This document shows positions 52,904 to 63,786 of a stretch of DNA of 64,000 nucleotides, in pieces; the stretch's first letter is position 1; each line of letters starts with the position of its first letter. Under the pieces are notes generated by a model. The model did not search any database. It was not told the origin of the DNA and saw only the letters and a list, made by a program, of their open reading frames with translations. Origin of the DNA: an uncultured Corynebacterium sp. GTDB lineage: Bacteria > Actinomycetota > Actinomycetes > Mycobacteriales > Mycobacteriaceae. A program made the position numbers and the translations under genes. Location of the stretch: assembly GCF_946223165.1 (NCBI RefSeq), contig NZ_CAMIBP010000004.1:15949-79948 (forward strand), written 5' to 3'.

Positions 52904-52975
52904 CCCAGATGGGGGTGTGTAAAAGGGGTGACCACATTCGGGGGATTTTCCCAGGTGGCACCCGCCACCGGGCCG

Positions 52976-53560
52976 CTAGACCGTGAATTGTGTCACGGCG
53001 CGGGTGGCCGGATCGACGAGGAGGACCTGGCCCATGCCGACCCAGCCGATGAAGGGGGCATCGGCAAGCATGTGCGGGACGTGGACGTGGCCGAGAACCC
53101 AGGGGTGGCCGGTTGCCTCGAGCGCCGCCTGGGTGATGGGCAGGCACACCTTGCGACTGAACTGACCCTCGACGCTGGAGTGGAGTAGCCCCAGGTCGGC
53201 CGCAGGGAAGGAGAGCTCGCGTGGATCCGGATCCGCGGCGACGGACGCGGTGACGACGCGCAGGCCCCGGCAGGTGAAGACGTGGGGTTCGGTGGGGTGC
53301 AGCGGCTCGCGGAGCTCATGATGGACGTCATGATTGCCCGCGATGAAGTGGACCTCGGCGAATCGCTCGTGCGCGGCTGCGAAAAACGCGTCAACCTCAT
53401 CGTAGGTTGCGGACGTGAATTCAGAGCGGTCGATGACGTCTCCGAGCATGACGAGGGCTCGTGCACCGGCCGCGTGGGCGCGGTCCAGCGCGCTGAGGGC
53501 CCAGCTCAGGCCGGGGGCGCCGGGGTGGCCGAGGTGGAGATCGGCGAGGACGGCTATCAT
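52976..53560 (-). CDS. Calcineurin-like metallophosphoesterase, cytoplasmic
   Basis: MPE motifs DxH (LADLHLG), GD (MLGDVID), GNHD (IAGNHDVH), GHVH. ATG 53560 overlaps the TGA of the upstream ABC permease (ATGA). No signal peptide. Confidence 0.75.
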   Translation of the reverse strand: MIAVLADLHLGHPGAPGLSWALSALDRAHAAGARALVMLGDVIDRSEFTSATYDEVDAFFAAAHERFAEVHFIAGNHDVHHELREPLHPTEPHVFTCRGLRVVTASVAADPDPRELSFPAADLGLLHSSVEGQFSRKVCLPITQAALEATGHPWVLGHVHVPHMLADAPFIGWVGMGQVLLVDPATRAVTQFTV

Positions 53561-55206
53561 GCGCGTGCCTTTCGGTTTCGCCATGCGGTGACGGCGACGA
53601 GGATGACGGTGGAGGTGCCCACGCCGATGAGTGTCATGGCCATGGCCTCCGCGCGGTGGCCTTGGTCGTACTGGCCCATGATCCAGGGTGCGAGCAGGTT
53701 GATGCTGGACGGGCGGATGAGTGAGGACATGACGAGCTCGCGGATGCCGACGAAGAATGCGAGCAGCCAGCCCGCCGCGAGGCCCGGCGTGAGCAAAGGG
53801 AGAGTGATGCGGCGGAAGGTCATCCAGGCATCAGCACCAGAGACGGCCGCGGCTTCGTAGACCGTGGGGGACACTGACTGCGCGGAGGTCTTGATGTTCT
53901 GAACGGCCATGGGCAGGAAGAGGACGGTGAATGCCATGACGAGGATGACCATGGTGCCGTAGGGGCTCCACGGCAGGCGCGGGGAATTCCACAGCAAGAT
54001 GAAGCCAATGGCCAGCACGATGCCCGGGACCGTATCCGGTGCGACAGCGAGGAAGTCCGCGATGCGCGACGCGGCGCCGCGGCGGCGCAGCGTGAGCAGG
54101 GTGACCGCAAGCCCGAGCAGGGCCGCGGTGGTGGCACCCAGCGCACCGAGGGCAAGGGAGCGGATGAGGGCCTCTTGGGCCGAAGGCATCGCCAGCACGA
54201 TGCCGAAGTAGTCAAACGTGAGGTTGGTGGGTGTGGGCGGCTGGGAGCGCAGGATGGTCATGGCCGCGAGGGTGATGGAGATGTAGGGGATGACCACAGA
54301 TAGAACGAGGACGAGCGCCGCATAGCACCAGGCACCCACGCGGCCCGGGGCGCGCAGTGGGCGATAGACGGCGCGCGCAACCCGACCGCCGGAGGTGAGG
54401 TCGCGGCGGCCCACCCACTGCTGGAGGGCCCATGCGGTCACGCCCATGGCGAAGAGGATGGACGACGACGCGGCGGCCTCGCTAAAGCTCAGCGGATCGA
54501 TGGTGACGTCTTGGTAAATCGAGGAGACGAGGACCTTATAACCGATGGCGTTGCCCAGGGTGACGGGCGTGCCAAACTCGCCGGCGGCGCGGATGAAGAT
54601 GATGAGAGCGCCCAGCGAGTACGGTCCAATGACCAGGGGCGCGATGACGCGCGTGAACTGTTGCCACCGCGAGGCTCCGGCGACCTCTGCCATCTCGAGC
54701 GTAGAGGCGGGAATGGACTCGAAGCAGGTGCGCAAGAGAAGGTAAAGGAAGGGGAAGAGCTCGGCGGCCATGATGAACGCCATGCCGCCCACGCTGTAGA
54801 TGACATCGTGGGCGACCATGCCCAGTTTCTTGCCCAAGAGCATGGTGGCCACGCCGCCGGCGCGGGTAAAGTCCATCCACGCCATTGCCGCGGCGAAGGG
54901 TGGCGTCATGAAGGGGATCATGATGGCAATCTCTAACCAGCCGGAGCGGCGCAGCTGGGTCCAGCTACGCGCCCAGGCGAGTGGCGCGGCGAAGGCGGTG
55001 GCGAAGAGGACCACGAGGAAGGACAGCCAGGCGGTGCGCCCGATGACCCCGAGCATGCCGGGCTCCACCAGAGTGTGCAGCGCGGAGGGCTCCTCGTGGT
55101 AGCCAAAGAAGGCGCCGGCCAGGACCGCGGCGAGCGGTGCCGCCACCAGGACGAGGAGGATGAGGAGCACCGCCCACAGGCCGGCGCGAGAGCGAGCGGT
55201 GCGCAT
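53557..55206 (-). CDS. ABC transporter permease, fused two-domain (FbpB/AfuB type)
   Basis: 549 aa with two copies of the EAA permease loop, about 12 TM. Confidence 0.85.
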   Translation of the reverse strand: MRTARSRAGLWAVLLILLVLVAAPLAAVLAGAFFGYHEEPSALHTLVEPGMLGVIGRTAWLSFLVVLFATAFAAPLAWARSWTQLRRSGWLEIAIMIPFMTPPFAAAMAWMDFTRAGGVATMLLGKKLGMVAHDVIYSVGGMAFIMAAELFPFLYLLLRTCFESIPASTLEMAEVAGASRWQQFTRVIAPLVIGPYSLGALIIFIRAAGEFGTPVTLGNAIGYKVLVSSIYQDVTIDPLSFSEAAASSSILFAMGVTAWALQQWVGRRDLTSGGRVARAVYRPLRAPGRVGAWCYAALVLVLSVVIPYISITLAAMTILRSQPPTPTNLTFDYFGIVLAMPSAQEALIRSLALGALGATTAALLGLAVTLLTLRRRGAASRIADFLAVAPDTVPGIVLAIGFILLWNSPRLPWSPYGTMVILVMAFTVLFLPMAVQNIKTSAQSVSPTVYEAAAVSGADAWMTFRRITLPLLTPGLAAGWLLAFFVGIRELVMSSLIRPSSINLLAPWIMGQYDQGHRAEAMAMTLIGVGTSTVILVAVTAWRNRKARA

Positions 55207-55210
55207 GCGA

Positions 55211-56278
55211 CTAACCCAGGTACTTCTCGGCGAAGGCGTCCTTGGCGTCCGAGGACTTGGAAGAGATGTCCCCCCAGTCGTCGGAGAGCTGGGCGATGTC
55301 CGCCAGGGCCGGGCCGTTCTTCGGGGCGATGGACTCGTTGCCCGGAATCATGTTCTTGGAGGCGGAAATCTCCTGCGCCTCGTCGGAGAACATGAAGTCG
55401 ACGAAGGCCTTGGCGGCGGCCTCATTGTCCGTGGACTTCATGATCATGACCGGGCGCGGGGTGACGGTGGTCCCGGAGGTCGGGATGGTGACCTCGAGGG
55501 ATTCACCCTTGGCCTGTGCGGAATAGGCGGAGTAGTCCACGCCGCCTAAGATGACGCCGCGGGAACCGGCCGTGACCTGGTCGAGGGCCGGGCCGTTGGC
55601 GCCTTGGACGATCATGCCGTTGGCGAAGAGCTTGTCGAAGTACTCCCAGGTCTTGTCCTCGCCCCACTCGGAGATCATGGCAGTGATGAGGTCCGCGGCG
55701 GTGCCGGACTCACGCGGATCGGGCATGATGATCTGATCCTTGTACTTTTCGTCCGTGAGGTCCTCCCAGTCCTGCGGGACGGAGTCAAGGACGGAGGTGT
55801 TGGTGACCAGAGCCAAGGCGGAGCCGTCGCGGCCCACGAAGGTGCCGGTGGGGGATACCCACTTCGGGTTGACCTTGTCGGCCCCCTCCGGGGTGTACTC
55901 GAGCAGCGCGCCAGTTTTGTCCTGCTTGGCGGCGGACGACCACGATGCGAGGTAGACGACGTCGGCTTGCGGATTGGCCTCCTCCGCCTTGATCTTGGCG
56001 GTGATCTCGCCGGTGGTGCCGGCGAAGACGTTGACCTTGACGTCGGTCTTGGCCTCGAAGGCCTCAACGAGGGCGTCGGTGAGGCCCTGTGGGTTGGCGG
56101 AGTAATAGTCGAGGGTGCCGCTCAGACCTTCCGGGGCTTTCCACTCCTCGGCGCTGGCGGTGGCGGAGCCGGACGCGGCCGCCGTGGACTCGGCGGACCC
56201 GGAGGACTCGATAGAGCCGCAGGCGGCCAGGGCGAGGGCAGAGAGGGAGGCGATGGCGAGGGAAATCTTTTTGTACAT
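55211..56278 (-). CDS. ABC transporter substrate-binding lipoprotein (FbpA/AfuA / thiamine-type SBP family)
   Basis: Lipobox LALAAC after a signal peptide. Periplasmic-binding-protein type II fold. 355 aa. Confidence 0.85.
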   Translation of the reverse strand: MYKKISLAIASLSALALAACGSIESSGSAESTAAASGSATASAEEWKAPEGLSGTLDYYSANPQGLTDALVEAFEAKTDVKVNVFAGTTGEITAKIKAEEANPQADVVYLASWSSAAKQDKTGALLEYTPEGADKVNPKWVSPTGTFVGRDGSALALVTNTSVLDSVPQDWEDLTDEKYKDQIIMPDPRESGTAADLITAMISEWGEDKTWEYFDKLFANGMIVQGANGPALDQVTAGSRGVILGGVDYSAYSAQAKGESLEVTIPTSGTTVTPRPVMIMKSTDNEAAAKAFVDFMFSDEAQEISASKNMIPGNESIAPKNGPALADIAQLSDDWGDISSKSSDAKDAFAEKYLG

Positions 56279-56290
56279 GAGATAGTGCTC

Positions 56291-57268
<978 letters not shown>

Positions 57269-57397
57269 GGACCACTCCTTAGCTGAACCTGTGAAAAAGG
57301 GGAACTCCAGCAAAGTAGGAGACGTGAGTGAAGAAACGGTGACAGCAAGAAAACTGTGCGATGAGGATTGCGCGAATTGAAAGTTAAGATATGAACC

Positions 57398-58249
57398 GTG
57401 GGTAGACAACGCTGGGCCGCGCCGGCCGTCATGGTCGCCTCGGGCCTGTCGCTCTACGCTGGTGCGGCCGTTGCGGTGGGCCTCTTTGCACACTTTTCGC
57501 CGGTCGTTGCGGCGTGGTTCCGCGTCGCCGCGGCGGGGGTGATCCTGGCCGCGCTGTACCGGCCCGCACCGCGCAGCTTCCTGGGGCGCGCCGGTCTGAA
57601 TGCCGCGGTCTATGGGGTGACGACGATGGTGATGAACATGGTCTTCTACGAGGCCATCGCGCACGTGGCCATGGGCACGGCGGTCGCGCTCGAATTCCTC
57701 GGGCCGGTGGCGGTCGCGGCGTGGGGCTCCCGCTCGCGCCGCGACTGGGCTGCACTGTGCCTAGCGCTGGCGGGCGTCTTGGTCATCTCCGGAGTGGTGT
57801 GGTCCACGAACTGGCAGGGTATCGCCTGGTCCCTGGCCTCGGGCGCGCTATGGGCCGCGTACATCGTGGCGGGTTCCCGCATTGCCGCCGATGCCGCCGT
57901 CTCTCGCGCCGCTATGCCCGTCGGCTTCCTCTACGCCGGGCTGGCGGGCTTGCCGCTCGTCGCCTGGCTCTGGCCCACGGGCTCTGGCGCGCCGGGCCTA
58001 CCAAGAGTGGAAATCCTCGGGCTCGCATTCGGGCTGGGCATGCTCTCAGCCGCCATTCCCTATTCGCTGGATCAGGTGGTCCTGCGGATGGCGGGCGCCA
58101 GTTACTTCGCGCTGCTCCAGGCCATTTTGCCGATGGTGGCCGCGGTGGTCGGCGCGGTGGCGTTGGGGCAGTGGCTTAGCGGGGCGGAGGTGGTGGGCAT
58201 CGTGCTCATCGTCGCCGCCATCGTGCTGCGTTCGCTTCGAACGGACTAG
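57398..58249 (+). CDS. EamA/DMT family transporter
   Basis: 283 aa, 10 TM, two EamA repeats. GTG start. Divergent from the ABC operon with a 129-nt gap. Confidence 0.7.
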   Translation: MGRQRWAAPAVMVASGLSLYAGAAVAVGLFAHFSPVVAAWFRVAAAGVILAALYRPAPRSFLGRAGLNAAVYGVTTMVMNMVFYEAIAHVAMGTAVALEFLGPVAVAAWGSRSRRDWAALCLALAGVLVISGVVWSTNWQGIAWSLASGALWAAYIVAGSRIAADAAVSRAAMPVGFLYAGLAGLPLVAWLWPTGSGAPGLPRVEILGLAFGLGMLSAAIPYSLDQVVLRMAGASYFALLQAILPMVAAVVGAVALGQWLSGAEVVGIVLIVAAIVLRSLRTD

Positions 58250-58266
58250 CGATTAAAATAAGGCGA

Positions 58267-59652
58267 ATGCAGCGCTGGGTCTTACACATCGACATGGACG
58301 CGTTCTTCGCGTCCGTCGAGCAGCTCACCCGGCCGACGCTGCGGGGCCGCCCCGTGCTCGTCGGCGGGCTGGGCGGTCGTGGCGTCGTGGCCGGTGCCTC
58401 TTACGAGGCCCGCGCTTTCGGCGCCCATTCGGCCATGCCCATGTATCGGGCCCAGCAGCTCATCGGCCCCCGCGGCGTCGTGGTGCGGCCCCGCTTCAGC
58501 GTGTACAAGATGGCTTCGCGGCGCGTCTTCGAGGTGTTGGCCTCGCGCGTCGACGTCATCGAGCAGCTCTCCATCGACGAGGGCTTCATGGAGCCGCCCG
58601 ACCTCGTCGGCGCCGGGCCAGAGGAAGTTCTGGCTTGGGCCACCGAGACGCGCGAGCTCATCCGCCGCGAGACGGGCCTGCCCAGCTCCATTGGGGCGGG
58701 CTCGGGCAAGCAATTCGCCAAGATCGGCTCGGGCGAGGCAAAGCCGGACGGGACGTTTGTCATTCCCGCCGCCGAGGAGCTGGACATGCTGCACCCGCTC
58801 GGCGTCGGCAAGCTGTGGGGCGTGGGACCGGTCACCGCCGCCAAGCTCAAGTCCATCGGTGTGGAGACCATCGGCGATCTGGCAGCCATGAGCCAGAAAG
58901 AGGTGGAGATCTCCATCGGCTCGACGGTGGGGCTGTCTCTGTGGCAGATGGCGCGCGGCATCGACGAGCGCCCGGTGGCACCGCGCGCGGTAGCCAAGCA
59001 AATCTCGCAGGAGCACACCTATCCGCAGGATCTCGTCACCGTGGATGAGGTGGATGCTGCCATCGAGCGGGCGGCGAGCGGGGCGCACGCGCGCTTGCTC
59101 AAGGACGGTCGCGGTGCGCGGACAGTGACGGTAAAGCTGCGCATGGCAGATTTTCATATCGAATCCCGCTCGGCCACGCTGGCGTACGCCACGGACGATC
59201 CGGAGACCCTCAAGGCTACGGCCTACAAGCTGGCCCGCTACCCGGATGAGCTGGGCCCTATCCGCCTGGTGGGGGTGAGCTACTCGGGTCTCGAAGTCGC
59301 CCGCCAGGACGTCCTCTTTCCGGAGCTGGATCAGGTCAAGGTGCGGCACGTCCCGGACTATGATTACGAGCCCGGGGTGAGCGACGGCATCGTCGAGCCC
59401 CGCGTCGAGGTCCACGTGGAGGACGCAGTCGCGGAGACGTGGGTACCCACCCAGGACGTCGAGCACGAGGAGTTCGGCCACGGCTGGGTGCAGGGCACCG
59501 GGCATGGCGTGGTGAGCGTGCGCTTCGAGACGCGGGAGACGGGGCCGGGTGCGACGAAGTCCTTCGCCGTCGACGATCCCGCGCTGCGCCCCGGTGACCC
59601 GTTGGCCAGCCTCGCGTGGGACGACTGGCTGGCCGCGCGCGAGGAGGACTAG
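58267..59652 (+). CDS. dinB: DNA polymerase IV (DinB1/DinX-like with C-terminal extension)
   Basis: Y-family motifs (HIDMDAFFASVE, SIDE). About 100-aa C-terminal extension as in M. tuberculosis DinX (463 aa). Confidence 0.9.
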   Translation: MQRWVLHIDMDAFFASVEQLTRPTLRGRPVLVGGLGGRGVVAGASYEARAFGAHSAMPMYRAQQLIGPRGVVVRPRFSVYKMASRRVFEVLASRVDVIEQLSIDEGFMEPPDLVGAGPEEVLAWATETRELIRRETGLPSSIGAGSGKQFAKIGSGEAKPDGTFVIPAAEELDMLHPLGVGKLWGVGPVTAAKLKSIGVETIGDLAAMSQKEVEISIGSTVGLSLWQMARGIDERPVAPRAVAKQISQEHTYPQDLVTVDEVDAAIERAASGAHARLLKDGRGARTVTVKLRMADFHIESRSATLAYATDDPETLKATAYKLARYPDELGPIRLVGVSYSGLEVARQDVLFPELDQVKVRHVPDYDYEPGVSDGIVEPRVEVHVEDAVAETWVPTQDVEHEEFGHGWVQGTGHGVVSVRFETRETGPGATKSFAVDDPALRPGDPLASLAWDDWLAAREED

Positions 59653-60527
59653 AAGAACTCGTGGAGGTCGATGCCTGTGGCCAGCGATGCCGCGAGTACG
59701 ATGCGGGCCTGGCCCGCGTGCAGGACGCCCGCGCCGACGACGCCGGCCGCTTCGAGGGTCTTTCCGCCGCCCGGGCCGCCATAAATCATGTTCACCGGGC
59801 CGTTGGGGACGCGCGTGGTGAGCAGGACGGGGGTTCCGCCTTGAACGGCGTCGATAATGCCTTCGGCCATCTCGGGGCTGACGTTGCCCGCGCCCATACC
59901 CTTGACGACGATGCCCTGGAAACCGGCGCGCACGGCGCCGTCGATGGCACAGCGCGGCGCGCCCGGGTAGGCCACACAGATGGTGACCTTCTGATCCGCG
60001 AGCTTGACGCGGGGCAGCGGAACGACCTCGGGGAAGTCGGCCTCGGCGGCGCTAAAGGCCTGCAGTGCCGTGGTGTGCTCCTTACGGGCGCCCCACGCAG
60101 GGGTGGTGATACCGCCGAATTGGAGGAGGACACCGACGCCCTTCGCCTTAAGCGCAGCGCGCAGGTTGTCCGGCCCGTCCGGCTCGGGATCGTCGAAGGG
60201 GCGCTGTGCACCGGTGAGCACCACGGGGGTGAGAGACTGATGGAACAGGGACAACGCCATGGCGGTCTCCTCGAGGGAGTCGGTGCCGTGGGTGATGATG
60301 ATGCGGTCAACGTCCGGTTCGTTGCTCAGCTCCTCGACGAGTTCGATGAGCTCGTCGAGGTCCTCGAGGCGAATGGCCGTGGAGTCGAGCCGGCGGAAGT
60401 CAATGGCGCGGACCGGCTCATCGAGGAGGGCAGCGAGATCGGCCGCGGTCTTGGTGGGAACGAGGGCACCCAACTCGTCATGGGTGCAGGCGATAGTGCC
60501 GCCGGTGGCGATGAGAACTGTTGACAT
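59649..60527 (-). CDS. ansA: L-asparaginase (type I)
   Basis: N-terminal TGGTIA catalytic motif (LIATGGTIAC) and HGTDS motif (ITHGTDSLEE). Stop overlaps the dinB stop (CTAG). ATG 60536 is an alternative start. Confidence 0.85.
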   Translation of the reverse strand: MSTVLIATGGTIACTHDELGALVPTKTAADLAALLDEPVRAIDFRRLDSTAIRLEDLDELIELVEELSNEPDVDRIIITHGTDSLEETAMALSLFHQSLTPVVLTGAQRPFDDPEPDGPDNLRAALKAKGVGVLLQFGGITTPAWGARKEHTTALQAFSAAEADFPEVVPLPRVKLADQKVTICVAYPGAPRCAIDGAVRAGFQGIVVKGMGAGNVSPEMAEGIIDAVQGGTPVLLTTRVPNGPVNMIYGGPGGGKTLEAAGVVGAGVLHAGQARIVLAASLATGIDLHEFF

Positions 60528-60696
60528 GGCCACCATATTAACGCACGCGTGAGGTCTCAACAGTCACGATGCAAATAGCTATACGCGCCGGAGTCGTGTC
60601 CGGAATATGGGCAGCCTGCGGGTAGTGTGTGGGTAGACATCCGGGGATATCCCTGTGCGCCACGCATGCCGCGCCACACTAATCGAAGGAGAAATC

Positions 60697-61308
60697 GTGA
60701 AGTTGAACAAGCTGGGTGCCGCCCTCATGGCCGTGTCCGCTGCCGCCGCCCTTGCCGCCTGTTCGTCGGATTCCGACTCGGGCAGCTCGGCGGACTCCAC
60801 CGGCGCCTCGTCCGCGGCCGGCTCTGGTGCTTCTACTGCGGTTGCCTCGTCCGATACAGCTACGGCGCCGACTCTGCCGTCCGCGGCGGATCTCAACGCC
60901 GTGCTGGAGAAGGCCACCGATCCGACGGCACCGATTGAGGAGAAGACCGCCACCGTCCAGGGCGGTGAGACCGTTCCGGAGCTCTTCGACGTCATGGCGG
61001 CGTCGAAGTCCGAGTCTGGCGCTACCTTCCAGGTTGTCGACCCGGTGCTGCCGGGTTACACGCCTGACTCCGTGCTCGCTACCGTGATGTTCTCCGTGCC
61101 GGAGCAGCCGGAGCAGACTGCGGACAACGTCGAGTTTGTCTACGAGGATGGCCAGTGGAAGCTCGCTCAGTCGTGGGCATGCATCCTCATCACCAACACC
61201 GTGGCGCCGGAGCAGGTGCCGGAGATGTGCGCCGCGCAGGCCACCCCGGCGGGCGGTGCCGCTGCACCGGCTGGCGATACCGCCGCTGAAGCCCCGGCCG
61301 CGCACTAG
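60697..61308 (+). CDS. Secreted lipoprotein, Ala/Ser-rich N-terminal linker
   Basis: GTG start with RBS AAGGAGAAA. Signal peptide with lipobox LAAC. Low-complexity S/A/T linker, then an about 130-aa domain with a conserved Cys pair. Confidence 0.55.
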   Translation: MKLNKLGAALMAVSAAAALAACSSDSDSGSSADSTGASSAAGSGASTAVASSDTATAPTLPSAADLNAVLEKATDPTAPIEEKTATVQGGETVPELFDVMAASKSESGATFQVVDPVLPGYTPDSVLATVMFSVPEQPEQTADNVEFVYEDGQWKLAQSWACILITNTVAPEQVPEMCAAQATPAGGAAAPAGDTAAEAPAAH

Positions 61309-61313
61309 CCTGT

Positions 61314-61347
61314 CGCGCGCGGCCGCGGGCGACAAGCCCGCGCGCTA
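61314..61347. terminator. Bidirectional GC hairpin between convergent lipoprotein genes
   Basis: CGCGCGG-CCGCGGGC-GACAA-GCCCGCG-CGCGC. No U-tract. Confidence 0.4.
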
Positions 61348-62340
61348 GCTCGGGCTGAAGCGCAGCCCCGTTTCCGTCGTCTGCACCACGCGGACGGCGG
61401 AATCTTTTTGCCCGTAGACCACGACCGTGTCAATGTCGACTGAGCCCGCCGTGGGCAGCGGGCGCCCCAGGTCGACGGTGAGCGAGCCATTCGTCGTTGA
61501 CGTCGCGGACTGCACGTCCAGCGTCTCGCCCGCGGCGGCATCGGAGGCTGTCGCAGCCGTGGCAGCAGCGGCCGTGGCGCCTGCGGCGCCCGCCTGATCC
61601 AGCGACAGCGCTCCCAGGGAGGGCCGCTGCTGCACGTCCACGTCGAGTTCGACCGTGTCGCCGTCGATCTTCGTCACCGTGTACGTCGCCGTCTGCAACA
61701 GCGTGTCGTCACCGGTGACGCGCGAGTCCACCGTCCAGCTCGCCCCGTGGCCCACGGCGTCGGTGGGGAAGACCACCGGCAGGGACACCAGGTGCAGGAT
61801 CGCCTGCTCCACGGCGGCGCGGGCCTCGTCGGTGGCGCCCTGCGGGGCGGCGAGGCGCAGGGACGACACCTGCCCGGAATCGTCCGCGCGCCAGCCGAAT
61901 TGGAACCCCTCGCCCGAGGAGATGTCGGTACCCGAGGAGTATTGGGGCACGCCGGCGGTGAAGAAGGCGTTGCGGGTGGCCTCGACTTGGCCCTCCGTCG
62001 CGGCGGAGGCCACGGAAACCTCCGCGCTCAGCGGCAGCGTCGTGGTGGTTTCGTCCATGGTGGAGGACCGGAAACCATCGACAGCCTCGGCCTTGACGAC
62101 GTCCTGGGCGAAGCCCTCCGTCACGGCCACCGTGACCTCTTGGGACTGTCCGATGTCGGAGTACGCGAGCACGCGCTTGTCCCCGTCGCCGGCGCTGACG
62201 AGGGTGACGCGCGGGGCATCGACGTCCAGCCCGACCGCCTGCTCGACCGCTGGTCCCGGGGTCTCGTGCTCGCAGGCGGACAGGGCGAGCGCGCACGCGA
62301 GGGCGGCGCCTAAGGCAACAACACGATTCACGCATTCCAA
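61345..62340 (-). CDS. Putative lipoprotein
   Basis: TTG or GTG start (62340 or 62331). Signal peptide with lipobox LSAC. 331 aa, acidic, beta-rich. Only 23 nt from the divergent lspA start. Confidence 0.5.
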   Translation of the reverse strand: MECVNRVVALGAALACALALSACEHETPGPAVEQAVGLDVDAPRVTLVSAGDGDKRVLAYSDIGQSQEVTVAVTEGFAQDVVKAEAVDGFRSSTMDETTTTLPLSAEVSVASAATEGQVEATRNAFFTAGVPQYSSGTDISSGEGFQFGWRADDSGQVSSLRLAAPQGATDEARAAVEQAILHLVSLPVVFPTDAVGHGASWTVDSRVTGDDTLLQTATYTVTKIDGDTVELDVDVQQRPSLGALSLDQAGAAGATAAAATAATASDAAAGETLDVQSATSTTNGSLTVDLGRPLPTAGSVDIDTVVVYGQKDSAVRVVQTTETGLRFSPS

Positions 62341-62363
62341 AATACCCGACCCCTATCTCTACA

Positions 62364-62879
62364 ATGGTTCGGGTGAGTCAGACAGCGAAAAGATACGTGG
62401 GCCTCATGGCGGCGATTGTCGTCGGCGTGGCGGTCCTGGACCAGGCCACGAAGCAGCTTATGCTTTCCCTCCTCACGGAGGGCGAGCCGCTCTACATCAT
62501 CGGCCATTGGTTCCGCTTCTACCTGCTGTTTAATCCGGGCGCCGCGTTCTCCATGGGTGGGGAGGGGTCGACCTGGCTGTTTACCACCATTCAGCTGCTG
62601 TTCGTCGTGGGCGCGGCGATTGCTGCCCCGCGGATTACGGATCGCGGCCAGGCCATTGGGCTGGCCATGATTGCCGGCGGCGCGCTGGGGAACCTGACCG
62701 ACCGACTCTTCCGCGCCCCGGGTTTTTGGTTTGGGCACGTTGTTGACTTCATCTCCGTGGGCGACTTCGCCGTGTTCAACATCGCTGACGCCTCGATCAC
62801 CTGCGGCGTTTTAGTCTTTGTGGTGTTTATGTTCCTGGCCGATCGCCGCGAGGAGGGCGTCAGTGCGCGAGAGTCGTAG
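62364..62879 (+). CDS. lspA: Lipoprotein signal peptidase (signal peptidase II)
   Basis: Four TM. LspA motifs ([25 protein letters not shown] with catalytic Asp). ATG 62406 is an alternative start. Confidence 0.8.
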   Translation: MVRVSQTAKRYVGLMAAIVVGVAVLDQATKQLMLSLLTEGEPLYIIGHWFRFYLLFNPGAAFSMGGEGSTWLFTTIQLLFVVGAAIAAPRITDRGQAIGLAMIAGGALGNLTDRLFRAPGFWFGHVVDFISVGDFAVFNIADASITCGVLVFVVFMFLADRREEGVSARES

Positions 62880-63786
62880 GCTACCCGTTCCCGAGGGGCT
62901 CGAGGGCATGCGTGCCGATGCTGCCCTGGCCAAGCTCCTGGGCATCTCCCGCGCCAAGGCGGCCACGCTCTGCGACGACGGTGATGTCGAGGTCGAAGGC
63001 CTCGCCGTGTCGAAGTCCGATCGCGTCGCGGCCGGCGGCTGGGTTGACGTCATGATGCCCGCGCCGGAGGAGCCGCTCATTCCCAAGGAGGAATTGGTGG
63101 AGGGCATGGACGTCCTCTACTCAGACCAGGACATCATCTGCGTCCACAAGCCAGTGGGCGTGGCCGCGCATCCGACGTTGGGCTGGGAGGGGCCGACGGT
63201 CATCGGCGGCTTGCGCGCCGCTGGCTATCAGCTGGCCGATGCCGGCCCGACCGAGCGCAAGGGCATCGTGCACCGCCTCGACGTGGGCACCTCCGGCGTC
63301 ATGGTCGTCGCCGCCTCCGAGCGCGCCTACTCGCAGCTTAAGCAGGCGTTTAAGGAGCGGACCATCGATAAGACCTACCACGCTGTGGTCCAGGGGCTGC
63401 CGGATCCGATTGAGGGCACCATCGATGCGCCCATCGGCAGGCACCCGTCCTCCGGCTGGAAGTTCGCGGTCGTCGACGACGGCAAGCATGCCGTGACGCA
63501 CTACACACTGCTCGAGGCCTTCCGTGAGGCCTCCCTGTTAGAGGTGCATTTGGAGACCGGCCGCACCCACCAGATCCGCGTCCACATGTCCGCCACGGGG
63601 CATCCGTGCGTGGGCGACCCGATGTATGGCTGCGACCCCAACCTGGCCAAGCGCGTCGGGCTCATCCGCCAGTGGCTGCACGCGGTGTCCCTGGGATTCA
63701 CCCATCCGGGCACAGGCAAGTACTTCGAGGTCACCGCGCCGTACCCGGAGGATCTGCAGCACGCCCTCGAGGTGCTGCGCGGATGA
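62863..63786 (+). CDS. rluD: RluA-family 23S rRNA pseudouridine synthase (RluD-like)
   Basis: S4 domain ([18 protein letters not shown]). Catalytic [14 protein letters not shown] with Asp. GTG 62863 overlaps the lspA end by 17 nt. ATG 62908 is an alternative start. Confidence 0.8.
   Translation: MRESRRLPVPEGLEGMRADAALAKLLGISRAKAATLCDDGDVEVEGLAVSKSDRVAAGGWVDVMMPAPEEPLIPKEELVEGMDVLYSDQDIICVHKPVGVAAHPTLGWEGPTVIGGLRAAGYQLADAGPTERKGIVHRLDVGTSGVMVVAASERAYSQLKQAFKERTIDKTYHAVVQGLPDPIEGTIDAPIGRHPSSGWKFAVVDDGKHAVTHYTLLEAFREASLLEVHLETGRTHQIRVHMSATGHPCVGDPMYGCDPNLAKRVGLIRQWLHAVSLGFTHPGTGKYFEVTAPYPEDLQHALEVLRG

Noticed and set aside
57269-57664. N-terminal 132 codons of the ABC ATPase ORF.
   Set aside because: His/Arg-rich junk precedes the conserved MTVQVRLEGV start, and the RBS AAGGAG sits before ATG 57268.
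58232-58244. Palindrome GTTCGCTTCGAAC near the dinB start, considered as a LexA/SOS box.
   Set aside because: It lies inside the 3' end of the EamA coding sequence. Its spacing (5-3-5) does not match the actinobacterial SOS box TCGAAC-N4-GTTCGA or the Cheo box.
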